From: Nitrospirae bacterium MYbinv3
GTDB taxonomy: Bacteria; Nitrospirota; Thermodesulfovibrionia; Thermodesulfovibrionales; Magnetobacteriaceae
Reading direction: 5' to 3'
Length of the DNA: 64,000 nucleotides
NCBI GenBank assembly: GCA_002753395.1
Contig: PEAB01000009.1
Location: 5,127-69,126, forward strand
Shown here: piece after piece, positions 19,835 to 29,647 of the stretch
Numbering within the stretch: position 1 is the stretch's first letter
Layout: each line of letters begins with the position of its first letter
Program-made: the position numbers and the translations under genes
The notes under the pieces: generated by a model
What the model was told of the DNA's origin: nothing
The model's input: only the letters and a program-made list of their open reading frames with translations
The model's database searches: none

Positions 19835-20779
19835 TTATCTCATCTGATAGTTGAGGGTCACCTTCGTACCCCCTCGCAGTATGTCCAGTTGTAAGTCGTT
19901 AACGCCTCTGAGGGCGGTAAAGGCCTGAAGACCGGTCTCAGGGTTAGTGATATCATACCTGTTGACACTCAACAAAACGTCGCCATTTTTCAAGCCAAGT
20001 TGATCATATATACCGCCAGATTTAACCTCCTGGAGCATGAACCCCTCCTGTCTACCGTTGTTATATCTGGGCTGCAACCGTGCCTCTGTCATCAACGCCT
20101 TGGGATTGTCGAGGGCATCCTGCACCTTTCTGGCATCAAGGACGTAGGAGTTTGTTGCAGCAGGTCTGATGAAGTTATCTGATGCACCTGAAATTGTGGG
20201 TGCGTTTGGCACAGGCAGAGCAAAAGCAGTTTGTTGAGTTGGCGGGGTTAATCCTGTTGGTATCTCCGCCAGGGAAATCTTCGAGCCGTCTTTAAATATT
20301 ACGCTGTCGGGTAACACCTTTTCCAAGACAGCCATCTTAAAAACCTCGTCACCGGTTTTAAACACCTCCTGTGTGCCCTTGTCATCCTCGATTACGGCAT
20401 AACCTGTACCTTTATTGCCAGCAATGGTGCCCAGTAGTCTAAGCTTTATCGTTACCACTCCAGCAGGCTTTTTGGTGTTAGTAAGCGGAGAGAAGCCTTC
20501 TGCCTTTAGTCCAAAGGGGTTATTGGTAACAACCAGTGCGTAATCAAACAGGGATTTTTTTTGAGCAGAGTTAAGCATCTCCTGCCCAGCTTGCCCGTCT
20601 TTAGTTGACGATCTGTTATTAAAGACATCTCTGTTGCTAAAAGAGAGGAAGTCTCGCACCATGTATAAAGAGACCATTATTAAAACAGCAAACAACACTG
20701 CCCCTATAAGAAAAACGGACTTGCCCTTGCTTAAAATATTTGCTATTCTGTGCATCTCTGGTAATATGGATTGTACCAT
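19835..20779 (-). CDS. gspC: Type II secretion protein C (TM, HR and PDZ)
   Basis: LRLLGTIAG...YAVIED HR domain; C-terminal PDZ (QLGLKNGDVLLSVN); directly upstream of gspD. Confidence 0.85.
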   Translation of the reverse strand: MVQSILPEMHRIANILSKGKSVFLIGAVLFAVLIMVSLYMVRDFLSFSNRDVFNNRSSTKDGQAGQEMLNSAQKKSLFDYALVVTNNPFGLKAEGFSPLTNTKKPAGVVTIKLRLLGTIAGNKGTGYAVIEDDKGTQEVFKTGDEVFKMAVLEKVLPDSVIFKDGSKISLAEIPTGLTPPTQQTAFALPVPNAPTISGASDNFIRPAATNSYVLDARKVQDALDNPKALMTEARLQPRYNNGRQEGFMLQEVKSGGIYDQLGLKNGDVLLSVNRYDITNPETGLQAFTALRGVNDLQLDILRGGTKVTLNYQMR

Positions 20780-20792
20780 ACGTTAACAATAC

Positions 20793-21045
20793 GGGGTCAA
20801 GGGGACGACACAGGGCAATCGCATTTGAAAAAACTGTCTGAACCATGATTTAGGGGATTGAATATCACTACTTCTGCAGTACTACCATTTGTTCTGTATT
20901 TTGCACTTTTCTTTAAATAGCCGTTTAATGCGGTTTTGAAGATGGATTCCCGCTTTCGCGGGAATGACAGCAAGTGGCGTTTTAGCCTGCATTTGTCATT
21001 CCTGCGTAGGCAGGAATCCAAGAGATGAACAACTATAGCTTTAGA
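20793..21045. repeat. Chimeric repeat cluster: truncated A (20793-20808), D arm (20835-20852), B right end (20853-20886), C (20892-21045)
   Basis: Each segment matches the full-length copies elsewhere in the window. Confidence 0.75.
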
Positions 21046-21157
21046 CACCATTGTTATGGTGTAGAACAAATTAACCGTGGTGTGTCCAGTGATTTGACTT
21101 ATCATTGTAAATAAAGTGTACAATATCAGGCTAAGTATATTTAAAGGACTGGAATGG

Positions 21158-23203
21158 ATGACAATAAAGAGATTTATAATAAAAAGGCTATCTATGCTAT
21201 TTGCGGTGTATACGCTTTTTATATCGTTAAGCATATTTTTCAACTTTAATAGACTGACGATACAGAACATACGGGAGAAATCTCTCATAACCGCATCGAC
21301 GATAAAGGCTGGTCTGACGGCACACATGAACAGTGGTACGATGGACAAGAAGGAGTACTTTTTCGATGAGATCAAGCACCTCAAGGGTATCGATAAGCTG
21401 TGGTTGACGAGGATTGCGGACATCGGTCTGGGCGACAGGGTCAAGGCCGGACTGGATACGATTGACGAGGCTGCCATTAAGACGAAGGAGCCCCAGTTTG
21501 TTCCATATGACGTAAAGGGCGCACAACGCTATAGGGTAGCCGTCCCATACATAGCCTCTAACGAGGGCAACCTCAAGTGTCTGAACTGCCACCATGTAAC
21601 CGAACAAACGGCCATCGGCATCCTCAATATGGAGATGGACATCAGTGAGTTTCAGGAAAGCAACATACACTTTATAGTCTTTACGATAGTCTCTTTCCTT
21701 GTTGTTGCCTTACTTACAGCCCTTATACTCATCACCTCACTTCACAAAACGGTGGCACAACCCCTCAAGGCACTAATACACATGTTTGCAGATGCGGTCA
21801 AGGAGTACAAAAGCATTGATACCGAGGCATTTGAACTGCAGGAACACAAGTCCATCATTAAGGAGATGAACAATATCCTATACGAGATCAAGGAAAGAGA
21901 CAACGATATCCGAGCCTTAAATAACTTCTTAGAGACCATGGTGGCTCAGCGTACAGAGGAACTAGAGCAAAAGGCCGTAACTGACAGCCTTACAGGTCTC
22001 TATAACAGAAACAGACTCATAGAAGACCTCGAAAAAAACACAGATAATGAAAAATCCGTACTGCTCATTAATATAGACGATTTCTCACAGATAAACAACG
22101 TCTACGGAATGCGCATAGGCGATATGGTCTTAAAATCTGTTGCTGGTATTATAAAAAGGATACAACCAGAGAACTCTTACCTATACAGGATATCAGGTGA
22201 TGAATTTCTGCTTATGATTGTATCTCCAACGAATAACCAGCAGATAGATATTGCTCACAGCCTGAAGGACTACGTAAATAAGAACAATATAAACATCGTT
22301 GGCGAGGAGCTATACATCAAGATAACATTCACAATAGGGCTTGACACCAGCGTTGAGGAGGTGGTCGTAAGACATGCTGCAGTTGCCTTCATAGAGGCCA
22401 GGGAGCAGGGGAAGAACAGGGTACAAGTCTACTCACCCGATTCCCTGACAGAGCAGCGCTACAAGAACAACATATACTGGGCAAACGAACTTAAAAAGGC
22501 CATCGAACGACACGATATCATACCGTATTTTCAACCCATAATCGATAACTCAACCGGTAAGAAGAGTAAGTTCGAGGCACTAGTCAGGATGAAGGACAGC
22601 ACTGGGGCCGTTATATCTCCCATATATTTTCTTGAACCTGCTAGGAAAACCGGTATCTTTACCAGCATCACAAAGATTATGATAGACAAGACCTTTGAAT
22701 ACTTTAAAGACAAACCATACGAATTTGCTATAAACATCACAGACTTTGACTTTAAAGAAGGTTTTCTTATCAGCTATCTTACTGAAAGGACAAGGAAGTA
22801 CAACATACCACCGCCACAGGTAGTCCTAGAGATACTTGAGGGTATAAGCATGAAAGGGACAAAGGACACGATAGAACAGATAAACGAGCTGTGCGCAATG
22901 GGATTTAAGATAGCCATCGATGATTTTGGCACAGAGTATTCAAATTTCAGTAGATTGTTAGAGCTACGCGTTGATTACATAAAGATCGATGGCAGCTTTA
23001 TAAAGGGGCTTGCTAAGGACAAGAACAGCCGCAAAATCGTCAAGTCCATAACCGACTTTGCCCACAGCATAGACACCGAGGTCATAGCCGAGTTCGTCCA
23101 CTGCAAGGAGGTGCAGGACGTAGTCCTTGAGCTTGGCATCGATTACTCACAGGGGTACTACTTCTCCGAACCCATAAGAGACATAAACAAGCTAGGCCTA
23201 TGA
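21158..23203 (+). CDS. Membrane GGDEF-EAL protein (probable c-di-GMP phosphodiesterase)
   Basis: Two TM helices, periplasmic CLNCH, DSLTGLYNR, degenerate SGDEF, FEALVR, IAIDDFGT, IKIDGSFI; start set at ATG 21158. Confidence 0.88.
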   Translation: MTIKRFIIKRLSMLFAVYTLFISLSIFFNFNRLTIQNIREKSLITASTIKAGLTAHMNSGTMDKKEYFFDEIKHLKGIDKLWLTRIADIGLGDRVKAGLDTIDEAAIKTKEPQFVPYDVKGAQRYRVAVPYIASNEGNLKCLNCHHVTEQTAIGILNMEMDISEFQESNIHFIVFTIVSFLVVALLTALILITSLHKTVAQPLKALIHMFADAVKEYKSIDTEAFELQEHKSIIKEMNNILYEIKERDNDIRALNNFLETMVAQRTEELEQKAVTDSLTGLYNRNRLIEDLEKNTDNEKSVLLINIDDFSQINNVYGMRIGDMVLKSVAGIIKRIQPENSYLYRISGDEFLLMIVSPTNNQQIDIAHSLKDYVNKNNINIVGEELYIKITFTIGLDTSVEEVVVRHAAVAFIEAREQGKNRVQVYSPDSLTEQRYKNNIYWANELKKAIERHDIIPYFQPIIDNSTGKKSKFEALVRMKDSTGAVISPIYFLEPARKTGIFTSITKIMIDKTFEYFKDKPYEFAINITDFDFKEGFLISYLTERTRKYNIPPPQVVLEILEGISMKGTKDTIEQINELCAMGFKIAIDDFGTEYSNFSRLLELRVDYIKIDGSFIKGLAKDKNSRKIVKSITDFAHSIDTEVIAEFVHCKEVQDVVLELGIDYSQGYYFSEPIRDINKLGL

Positions 23204-24264
23204 TCCAAGGCAGCATCCGTAAGATAGGAAACTTCAAACTCCAGGTCAGACCTTTTTTGGATCGAGGCAAGATAATTTATAAATAGTTTTGTCTCTTGAC
23301 TTGTCACTACAGGGAAGCCGTAATTGCTGTTTGTGTGCTTTAAGGCATTCTTACCCTCTTTTAGCAGCCTTTCCTTAACAAATGAGATGTGCTTGATCAA
23401 TCTGTTTCTTAAATATTCATTAAGACTATCTATCGCATTTTCATTTACAACAGATGATATTGTTTTATACAGCCCTGGGTTTATCTCATATCCTATGCTA
23501 CTTCTGCATGAGGCCATAGATGCCAAAATAGTGGTACCAACACCTAAAAATGGGTCCAACACCATATCTCCCTTAGTTGAAAACATATTTATTAATCTGT
23601 ATGCTATTTCAAAGGGAAAAGCACCGCTTCTGTTTCTGCAAGACTTATCAAGCATGTTCTGAGGTGTCCCCTTTACATCCCACACATCGGAGTGCCACAC
23701 ATTTCTTTCTTCCCAAAAGAAGGCGCTCTGTTGTCTATTAAACTTCTCGCTTGCAGTCTTGAATTCACGTTTCGTCCCTTTTCTAAAAATCAGGATATAC
23801 TCATGCTCTAGCGTCACATAGGCCCCGGCTGGTAACATCCCGGAGCCCATGAACTTGTTGGGTGCATTGGTCTGCTTTCTCCATATAATGTTTGTCAGAT
23901 TACTAAATCCTAGATCCAAACAGTAGTTGAGGATGTACGAGTGGTTTGGATAAAGCCTAAAAACACCATCTACCGTTCGCGTTGCATCCCCAATGTTTAT
24001 GCAAGCAATACCTCCATTCTTCAGAACTCTATACAGTTCACCCCATACGGGATACATCTGTTCGTGCATTAATCTAAATGCCAGATTTCCGTCATTATCC
24101 CTTAAGGCGGAGGCAATCTGATCATCCCGCCCTGCAAACAGCTCATCCCACATCTCTATCATTGGGTAGGGAGGAGATGTTACGACAACGTCTACTGATT
24201 CAGCGGTTATCTCACTCATCGCCTCTGATGACTTGAGAATTATACTGTGTGATGTATGGATCAT
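23158..24264 (-). CDS. Solitary DNA methyltransferase, beta class (N4-C/N6-A)
   Basis: VVTSPPY precedes VLDPFLGVGTT; no nuclease gene adjacent; the upstream in-frame extension is repeat-derived. Confidence 0.88.
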   Translation of the reverse strand: MIHTSHSIILKSSEAMSEITAESVDVVVTSPPYPMIEMWDELFAGRDDQIASALRDNDGNLAFRLMHEQMYPVWGELYRVLKNGGIACINIGDATRTVDGVFRLYPNHSYILNYCLDLGFSNLTNIIWRKQTNAPNKFMGSGMLPAGAYVTLEHEYILIFRKGTKREFKTASEKFNRQQSAFFWEERNVWHSDVWDVKGTPQNMLDKSCRNRSGAFPFEIAYRLINMFSTKGDMVLDPFLGVGTTILASMASCRSSIGYEINPGLYKTISSVVNENAIDSLNEYLRNRLIKHISFVKERLLKEGKNALKHTNSNYGFPVVTSQETKLFINYLASIQKRSDLEFEVSYLTDAALDHRPSLFMSLMGSEK

Positions 24265-24438
24265 GTCGACAGGCAGTCCCTTGACCCCATTATATCGCAT
24301 GTTTATACACAATGCTCATATGCTGTGTACTTGTTGACAAACTTGATATCATTAACCATGCTAACATAAAGCGGAGTAAACTTCATAGTCATTTTATATA
24401 ATATCCAATGGCTTATAAGTACCTGCCCATAATTAATT

Positions 24439-24540
24439 GGTAGTCTTGCACAAGTAGTGGTGATAGTAAACTTAACACCCTCCCCTAACCCCTCCCATCA
24501 AGGGAGGGGGATTGAATATCACTACCTCTGCGGGACTAAT
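24439..24540. mobile_element. Family B MITE-like element (about 102 bp)
   Basis: Starts GGTAGTCTTGCACAAGTAGTG, internal CCCCTCCC-ATCAA-GGGAGGGG hairpin; right end slightly degraded. Confidence 0.75.
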
Positions 24541-24560
24541 TTGTTCTCCATCATACAAAT

Positions 24561-24695
24561 GGCGTCCAAAGCTATCCTCTTTAAAAAGCATGGTAAATTG
24601 TTTATGGTTTCAAGATTATGGATTCCCACTTTCGTGGGAATGACAGTAATGGCCGTTTTCCAAACATGTCATTCCTGTGTAAACAGGAATCCAGG
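24561..24695. repeat. Family C variant
   Basis: ATTCCCACTTTCGTGGGAAT and ATTCCTGTGTAAACAGGAAT; closely related inverted copy at about 48034-48200. Confidence 0.75.
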
Positions 24696-24727
24696 TAATA
24701 GTTCACCCATATGTGTATTAAGAAGGT

Positions 24728-24805
24728 AGGGCTTTACCCTCCCTCAGACCCACCCACAAGGGGACCAGTCCCCTTGTGCCCATTATATCGCATGTTTATC
24801 CACAA
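24728..24805 (+). repeat. Family A repeat plus 27-bp tail also present at 24286-24312
   Basis: CCCATTATATCGCATGTTTAT(A/C)CACAA follows an A-element end in both places. Confidence 0.75.
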
Positions 24806-24854
24806 AGTTTCTATCGTATACTGAACTATTACGAATCCAGAAAGCGTAAAAGCT

Positions 24855-24990
24855 CAGCAATTCTCACTGAATTTGTAGAATGGCTTTTTATAAGGATTTT
24901 ACTGTGTATATGAAAAATATTTTCGCGGTGTTTTTATAGTATATTACTTATATATCAATAAATTACATTCATTATCAGTGAGAATCGCTG
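24855..24990. mobile_element. Family E MITE copy 1 (136 bp)
   Basis: TIR CAGCAATTCTCACTGA / TCAGTGAGAATCGCTG (15/16); perfect 9-bp TSD GTAAAAGCT; IHF consensus at 24953-24965. Confidence 0.9.
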
Positions 24991-25028
24991 GTAAAAGCTA
25001 AGTTATCATGAAATATAAAGAAGATACG

Positions 25029-25182
25029 TCCAAAGCTATAGTTGTTCATCTTCTGGATTCCTGCCTGCGCAGGAATGACATCTACAAGCTAAAAGCGCCA
25101 CTTGTTGTCATTCCCGCGAAAGCGGGAATCCATCTTCAAAACCGTATTAAACGCCTATTAAGGAAAGCTGCAAAACACAGAA
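25029..25182. repeat. Family C element, inverted counterpart of 20892-21045
   Basis: Reverse complement aligns over about 150 bp with scattered mismatches. Confidence 0.85.
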
Positions 25183-25205
25183 TAAATTTGCCCTGACAAT
25201 CGCTG

Positions 25206-25342
25206 CAGCAATTCTCAATGAATTTGCCGAATGGCTTTTTACAACAGTTTTGCTGTGGGTATAAAATGTTTTTTTCGTAATGATCTTACAACAGATTGCT
25301 TAGATATCAATATGTTATATGTGTTTTCAGTGAGAACCGCTG
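25206..25342. mobile_element. Family E MITE copy 2 (137 bp)
   Basis: TIR CAGCAATTCTCAATGA / TCAGTGAGAACCGCTG (13/16); perfect 9-bp TSD CAATCGCTG; IHF consensus at 25305-25317. Confidence 0.9.
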
Positions 25343-25516
25343 CAATCGCTGCAGTACTCTTGACAATAGAATTACATTATGTTAATTTAAATGAAACGTG
25401 TTTCGATATAAATAAGTACAGTAGTATTGTGTAGAGAGTTCTATAATATTTCGACCTTGAATTGTGTTTCACAACTCAGGAAAAGAATTAGTTGTCATTT
25501 AAGGAAGATGATTTAG

Positions 25517-26404
25517 TTGAGTGATGATGTTAAAACGCCGCAAAGCGACTTAGACTCTTTAGTAAAGAGCAATACTGGTTGTGAAAAGACAATAGAGATG
25601 CAGCTATCCGAAGATGGACAGATTTTGAGGTTGGCTATGCTTGGCGAGATGTTAGCTAGCGTTGCTCACGAACTAAATACTCCGATTGGCTTTATATCCG
25701 CTAATTTATCTAATCTAAGTAAGTTCATTGATAAAATATTCCAATTACTTAATGCATATGAACATTACGCTTCTATAAATAGCTCTAATAGTGAAAAGAT
25801 AGAAATAGACAAAATAAAGAAAGAGATAAACTATGATTACCTTAAAGCGAGAATTCCAGAAATGATGGTGAGATCTATGAAAGCTTCAGACAGTTTGAAG
25901 ACTCTTATTAGGGACGTAAAAATCTCTTCCAGGGCAGATTCTTCTAAAGCTGAACCATCTGATATAAACGAGGCGTTAGAGAGTGCGGTTCATATTATTA
26001 TGTCTGAATATAAGAGCAAGGTAAAAATTAATAAAGATTATGATAAACTACCTCTGGTAGAATGTTACATAGGGAAATTGAATCAGGTATTTTTAAATAT
26101 ACTGTCAAATTCGTGTGAAGCTATAGAAGGGACAGGGGAGATCACAGTGAGAACCCGACATATAAAAGAAACTGTGACGATAGAGATTACAGATACAGGC
26201 AGTGGAATGTCTGATAAGGTACTAGAGAAGATTTTTCTACCTTTTTTTACAACAAAGGCAATAGGTTACGGCACAGGTCTGGGTCTTTCGATCAGCCATA
26301 GAATTATTGAGCAACATGGTGGTACACTATCAGCTGATAGCAAGTTAGGACAGGGGACAAAGTTTACTATAAAGTTACCAATCTGCCAGAAACAACAGAT
26401 ATGA
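25517..26404 (+). CDS. Soluble histidine kinase without sensor domain (NtrB-like)
   Basis: AHELNTP, LNQVFLNILSN, DTGSGM, FFTTK..GYGTGLGL. Confidence 0.88.
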   Translation: MSDDVKTPQSDLDSLVKSNTGCEKTIEMQLSEDGQILRLAMLGEMLASVAHELNTPIGFISANLSNLSKFIDKIFQLLNAYEHYASINSSNSEKIEIDKIKKEINYDYLKARIPEMMVRSMKASDSLKTLIRDVKISSRADSSKAEPSDINEALESAVHIIMSEYKSKVKINKDYDKLPLVECYIGKLNQVFLNILSNSCEAIEGTGEITVRTRHIKETVTIEITDTGSGMSDKVLEKIFLPFFTTKAIGYGTGLGLSISHRIIEQHGGTLSADSKLGQGTKFTIKLPICQKQQI

Positions 26405-26450
26405 AAACTACCTCCATTAAAGTGGGTAGATACAAGAAGGAGACATAAAA

Positions 26451-27242
26451 ATGAAAACAGACAAGGCAAAAACAGTGATATTGTGTGTGGATGATGAACA
26501 AGACATTCTAGACTCTTTACATGATACGTTTATGGATACTTATGATGTAAGAACAGCAATTAATGGGGCTGATGCCTTAAAAATAGTGCGTGGTGAAAAT
26601 ATAGCCGTAATCATTTCTGACCAAAGGATGCCAGTAATGACAGGTTCAGAGTTTCTTGCAGAGGTAAATAAGATTAAACCCAAAGTTAAAAAGATACTAT
26701 TAACAGGTTACAGCGATATCAATGCAGCCATAGACGCTATAAACAAAGGCTCTGTCAATAGTTATATACATAAGCCATGGGATGACTCGCATCTTATTAA
26801 GACAGTTGAAAATTTGGTTAACTTATACAATGCTGATATGTTCGCAAACAATATGCTTACTGAGAGCATGGACATCAAAGCTAAAATAGATCAATGGAAG
26901 TACCAACTTGAATTGTTAGAGAAGTTTATAGAAAGTTGTACGATGAGTGCCTGTGTTTTGGATAAAAAAGAGAAGATTGTATACATGAATAAAAAGGGTT
27001 TAGGGCTTCTTAAATATTCAAATATCAGGGATGTTAAAAATAAGGAACTAAAGAGTGTTTTTATAATAAACGATAATAAGAAGAAGGAGTTTAGAGAATT
27101 ATACGAAAAAGGAGGTATATCTAACTTATCGTTGGATGCAAAGTGCTCAGATGGTCAGATTGCCGGTATGCAGGCAAGTTTAACATTCATCGATGATCAT
27201 GTTATTGGTGTGTTCTTCAATTTGCCCAATAGTCGTCTATAA
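26451..27242 (+). CDS. Response regulator (REC plus PAS-like)
   Basis: ILCVDDE, IISDQRMP, LLTGY, KPW; C-terminal YMNKKG PAS-like segment. Confidence 0.85.
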   Translation: MKTDKAKTVILCVDDEQDILDSLHDTFMDTYDVRTAINGADALKIVRGENIAVIISDQRMPVMTGSEFLAEVNKIKPKVKKILLTGYSDINAAIDAINKGSVNSYIHKPWDDSHLIKTVENLVNLYNADMFANNMLTESMDIKAKIDQWKYQLELLEKFIESCTMSACVLDKKEKIVYMNKKGLGLLKYSNIRDVKNKELKSVFIINDNKKKEFRELYEKGGISNLSLDAKCSDGQIAGMQASLTFIDDHVIGVFFNLPNSRL

Positions 27243-27365
27243 AAAGGTGCATTTGTCAAAGAGACTGAGAACCACATTCAATAAATTTAGACAACTTTAC
27301 ATTCGTCATGTGCTATTATTAGTACATATGAATTATGTAAGTGCGATTGTATAGCGACCTGTTAG

Positions 27366-28721
27366 ATGAATAAGATGAATGATTTATCAAGAAAAGAAAT
27401 GATAGCTTTTATTGAATCAAATATGCTTTTTCAGAACATTTTGTGTGATGAGTGTTTCGATGAGGATGCCTTAAATAAAGCTTATGATATAATTAGTATT
27501 TCGAGTGCGAAAAAAGATGAATTAATCATAAAGGAATGGACAAGAGGTGAATCTTTAATCCTTATATTTAAAGGCGTAGCAGGGGTATTTATTGAAACAG
27601 ACGATGGTAAGGAAGTGAAAATAGCAACAGTGGAAGAAAGTGGCTTTTGGGGAGAAATGTATAGAGTAGAAGGTAAAAATCGCACCCCAATAATGAAAGC
27701 TGAGACGGATTGTCTGTTTGGAATCATTTATAGATATGAGTTCTGGGAATATTTCTACATATATCCTGAGATAGGTAGAAATGTGTTTTGGGGTGCTAAC
27801 CAGAACCTTGACATGTCTAATATAGGAATTGTAAGAGATATTGTGAAAAAAAGTGCAGAAAATCTCTCAAAAGTTAAAGATAAGCTTGAAAAACAAATAC
27901 AAGAAAAGACAAATCAACTGCGGCAAGATGACATTCAAAATTTAGAAATCGATAGAATGCATAGCTTAGGAATAATAGCAGCTGGTATAGCGCATGAGAT
28001 AAATAATCCCTTGAGTTTTATTAAAAGTGGTGTTGGTTTTATAGAAAAGATGGTTTCTAACTTGATAAAATATGGAAAGCATTGGAAAGAACAGGCAATA
28101 ATAAATATTTCTATCAACAAAGGCGCTGACACCATAGATGAGAAAACACTTGATCTAGATAATCTACAACGTTCGATAGTAAAGAAGATCAGCTCGATGA
28201 ATCGTGGTATTGAAAGAATTTCGAGAATAGTAAACACTTTACTATACATAGTATATCTAGATATTGATCCTTTAGTCAGTGCCGATTTAAATAGTAATAT
28301 AGATGAAGTTGTTAATAATTTAGGCACTAAGTATGCTAAAAATATCCAGTTGGTTAAGCAATTAGGCAAAATACCATTGTTAGTCTGTTCATCTAATGAG
28401 ATAAATCATTGTCTTCTTCAAATATTGACTAATGCAATAGATGCAATAGAGGGGTATGGTACAATAACCATAAGCACATTATACGATGAAGAAAGTAAGA
28501 TGATTGTAATAATGATAACGGATAATGGTAAGGGAATGACTAACGAGGTGTTGAAACAGGTTTTTATCCCTTTTTTCACAACAAAGCCTGTTGGTTCTGG
28601 TGCTGGCCTTGGAATGTATATAACAGAAGGGATTGTAAAACGTCACGGTGGTACAGTCGATATAACCAGCAAACCAGGTGAAGGAACAACAGTTACCCTA
28701 AAATTCCCCATATCTATCTAA
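27366..28721 (+). CDS. Cyclic-nucleotide-binding domain histidine kinase
   Basis: cNMP-like GFWGEM...RT...KAETDC; AHEINNPL, DNGKGM, FFTTKPVGSGAGLG. Confidence 0.85.
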   Translation: MNKMNDLSRKEMIAFIESNMLFQNILCDECFDEDALNKAYDIISISSAKKDELIIKEWTRGESLILIFKGVAGVFIETDDGKEVKIATVEESGFWGEMYRVEGKNRTPIMKAETDCLFGIIYRYEFWEYFYIYPEIGRNVFWGANQNLDMSNIGIVRDIVKKSAENLSKVKDKLEKQIQEKTNQLRQDDIQNLEIDRMHSLGIIAAGIAHEINNPLSFIKSGVGFIEKMVSNLIKYGKHWKEQAIINISINKGADTIDEKTLDLDNLQRSIVKKISSMNRGIERISRIVNTLLYIVYLDIDPLVSADLNSNIDEVVNNLGTKYAKNIQLVKQLGKIPLLVCSSNEINHCLLQILTNAIDAIEGYGTITISTLYDEESKMIVIMITDNGKGMTNEVLKQVFIPFFTTKPVGSGAGLGMYITEGIVKRHGGTVDITSKPGEGTTVTLKFPISI

Positions 28722-28737
28722 TAAATCATGTTTCTTT

Positions 28738-28839
28738 GGTAGCCCTGCACAAGTAGTGGTAACAGTAAACTTAACACCCTCCCCTAGCCCCTCCCATCAA
28801 GGGAGGGGGATTGAATATCACTACCTTTATAGGACTACC
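28738..28839. mobile_element. Family B MITE-like element (102 bp)
   Basis: GGTAGCCCTGCACAAGTAGTG...CACTACCTTTATAGGACTACC. Confidence 0.8.
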
Positions 28840-28858
28840 ATTGTTTATTGACATGTAT

Positions 28859-29024
28859 TATACTTTTGCACCTTTTTATAAACCAGCATTTTATGCAGCT
28901 TATGAAAATAGATTCCCGCTTTCGCGGGAATGACACCCAATGGCCGGGAATGACAGCAAGTGGCGCTTTTAGCTGTACCATGTCATTCCTGCGTAAGCAG
29001 GAATCCAGAGAGTGCAAAACTATA
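28859..29024. mobile_element. Family C MITE with internal 20-bp imperfect duplication
   Basis: TATACTTTTGCAC...GTGCAAAACTATA; GGGAATGACA at 28926 and 28946; abuts the end of the magnetosome cluster. Confidence 0.8.
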
Positions 29025-29049
29025 GAGGTACAAAGGTTTCAGTGCACTG

Positions 29050-29643
29050 CTACGTCAAGAGTCTTATGGTAACGTCCATCTTGTTTTCCGTCTCCTTACA
29101 GACTGTATATAACTGTCGCAAAACCTTATGGTAACCCTGCAGGTGAGGTAACATGCCTTCGTTCTGTTTGGATATCTGCTGCACTCCATTTTCTATATCT
29201 CTGAGCTTCTTGACTACTATGTCCCGCTCACTCCTGATGCCTTCCACCTCGTCTAAAAGATGAGTCTTAAGAGTCATGCAGTTGTCCATGTCCTCCATGA
29301 TGGTCTTTATGTGTATCTTTAATCTGTTGATGTCTCCAATGAGGTTCTCCCGTTTTGAGTTTAACGATTCTATGCTGTCATTGTAGCTGGTAGTCCTGTT
29401 GTTGGTGATGTTGATCTCGGCGTTGATTGCGGCTATTACAGCGTCTATCCCCTCCGTTTCGTTCTTGAGCTGCTTTATCTTGGACTCAAAACTCCTGTTT
29501 TCATTTTCAAGCTCAACCTGTCTGGCTCTTAACTCCTTTAACTCTGTCAGCTTCCCTCTGATTGTGTCCTTAACATCATCGTAGAGTAATTCGTAAGCGC
29601 TCTTTTCTGGTGTTTCTTGGTGTTTTCTTTTAGATTTATACAT
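29050..29643 (-). CDS. Coiled-coil magnetosome-cluster protein (probable Mad26 by position)
   Basis: Heptad-rich helical sequence; last gene of the cluster. Confidence 0.6.
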   Translation of the reverse strand: MYKSKRKHQETPEKSAYELLYDDVKDTIRGKLTELKELRARQVELENENRSFESKIKQLKNETEGIDAVIAAINAEINITNNRTTSYNDSIESLNSKRENLIGDINRLKIHIKTIMEDMDNCMTLKTHLLDEVEGIRSERDIVVKKLRDIENGVQQISKQNEGMLPHLQGYHKVLRQLYTVCKETENKMDVTIRLLT

Positions 29644-29647
29644 TGCT

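Noticed and set aside
28738-28839. Target-site duplication and IS1 assignment for family B
   Set aside because: Flanks of the three full copies show no exact duplication, so the parent family is left unassigned.
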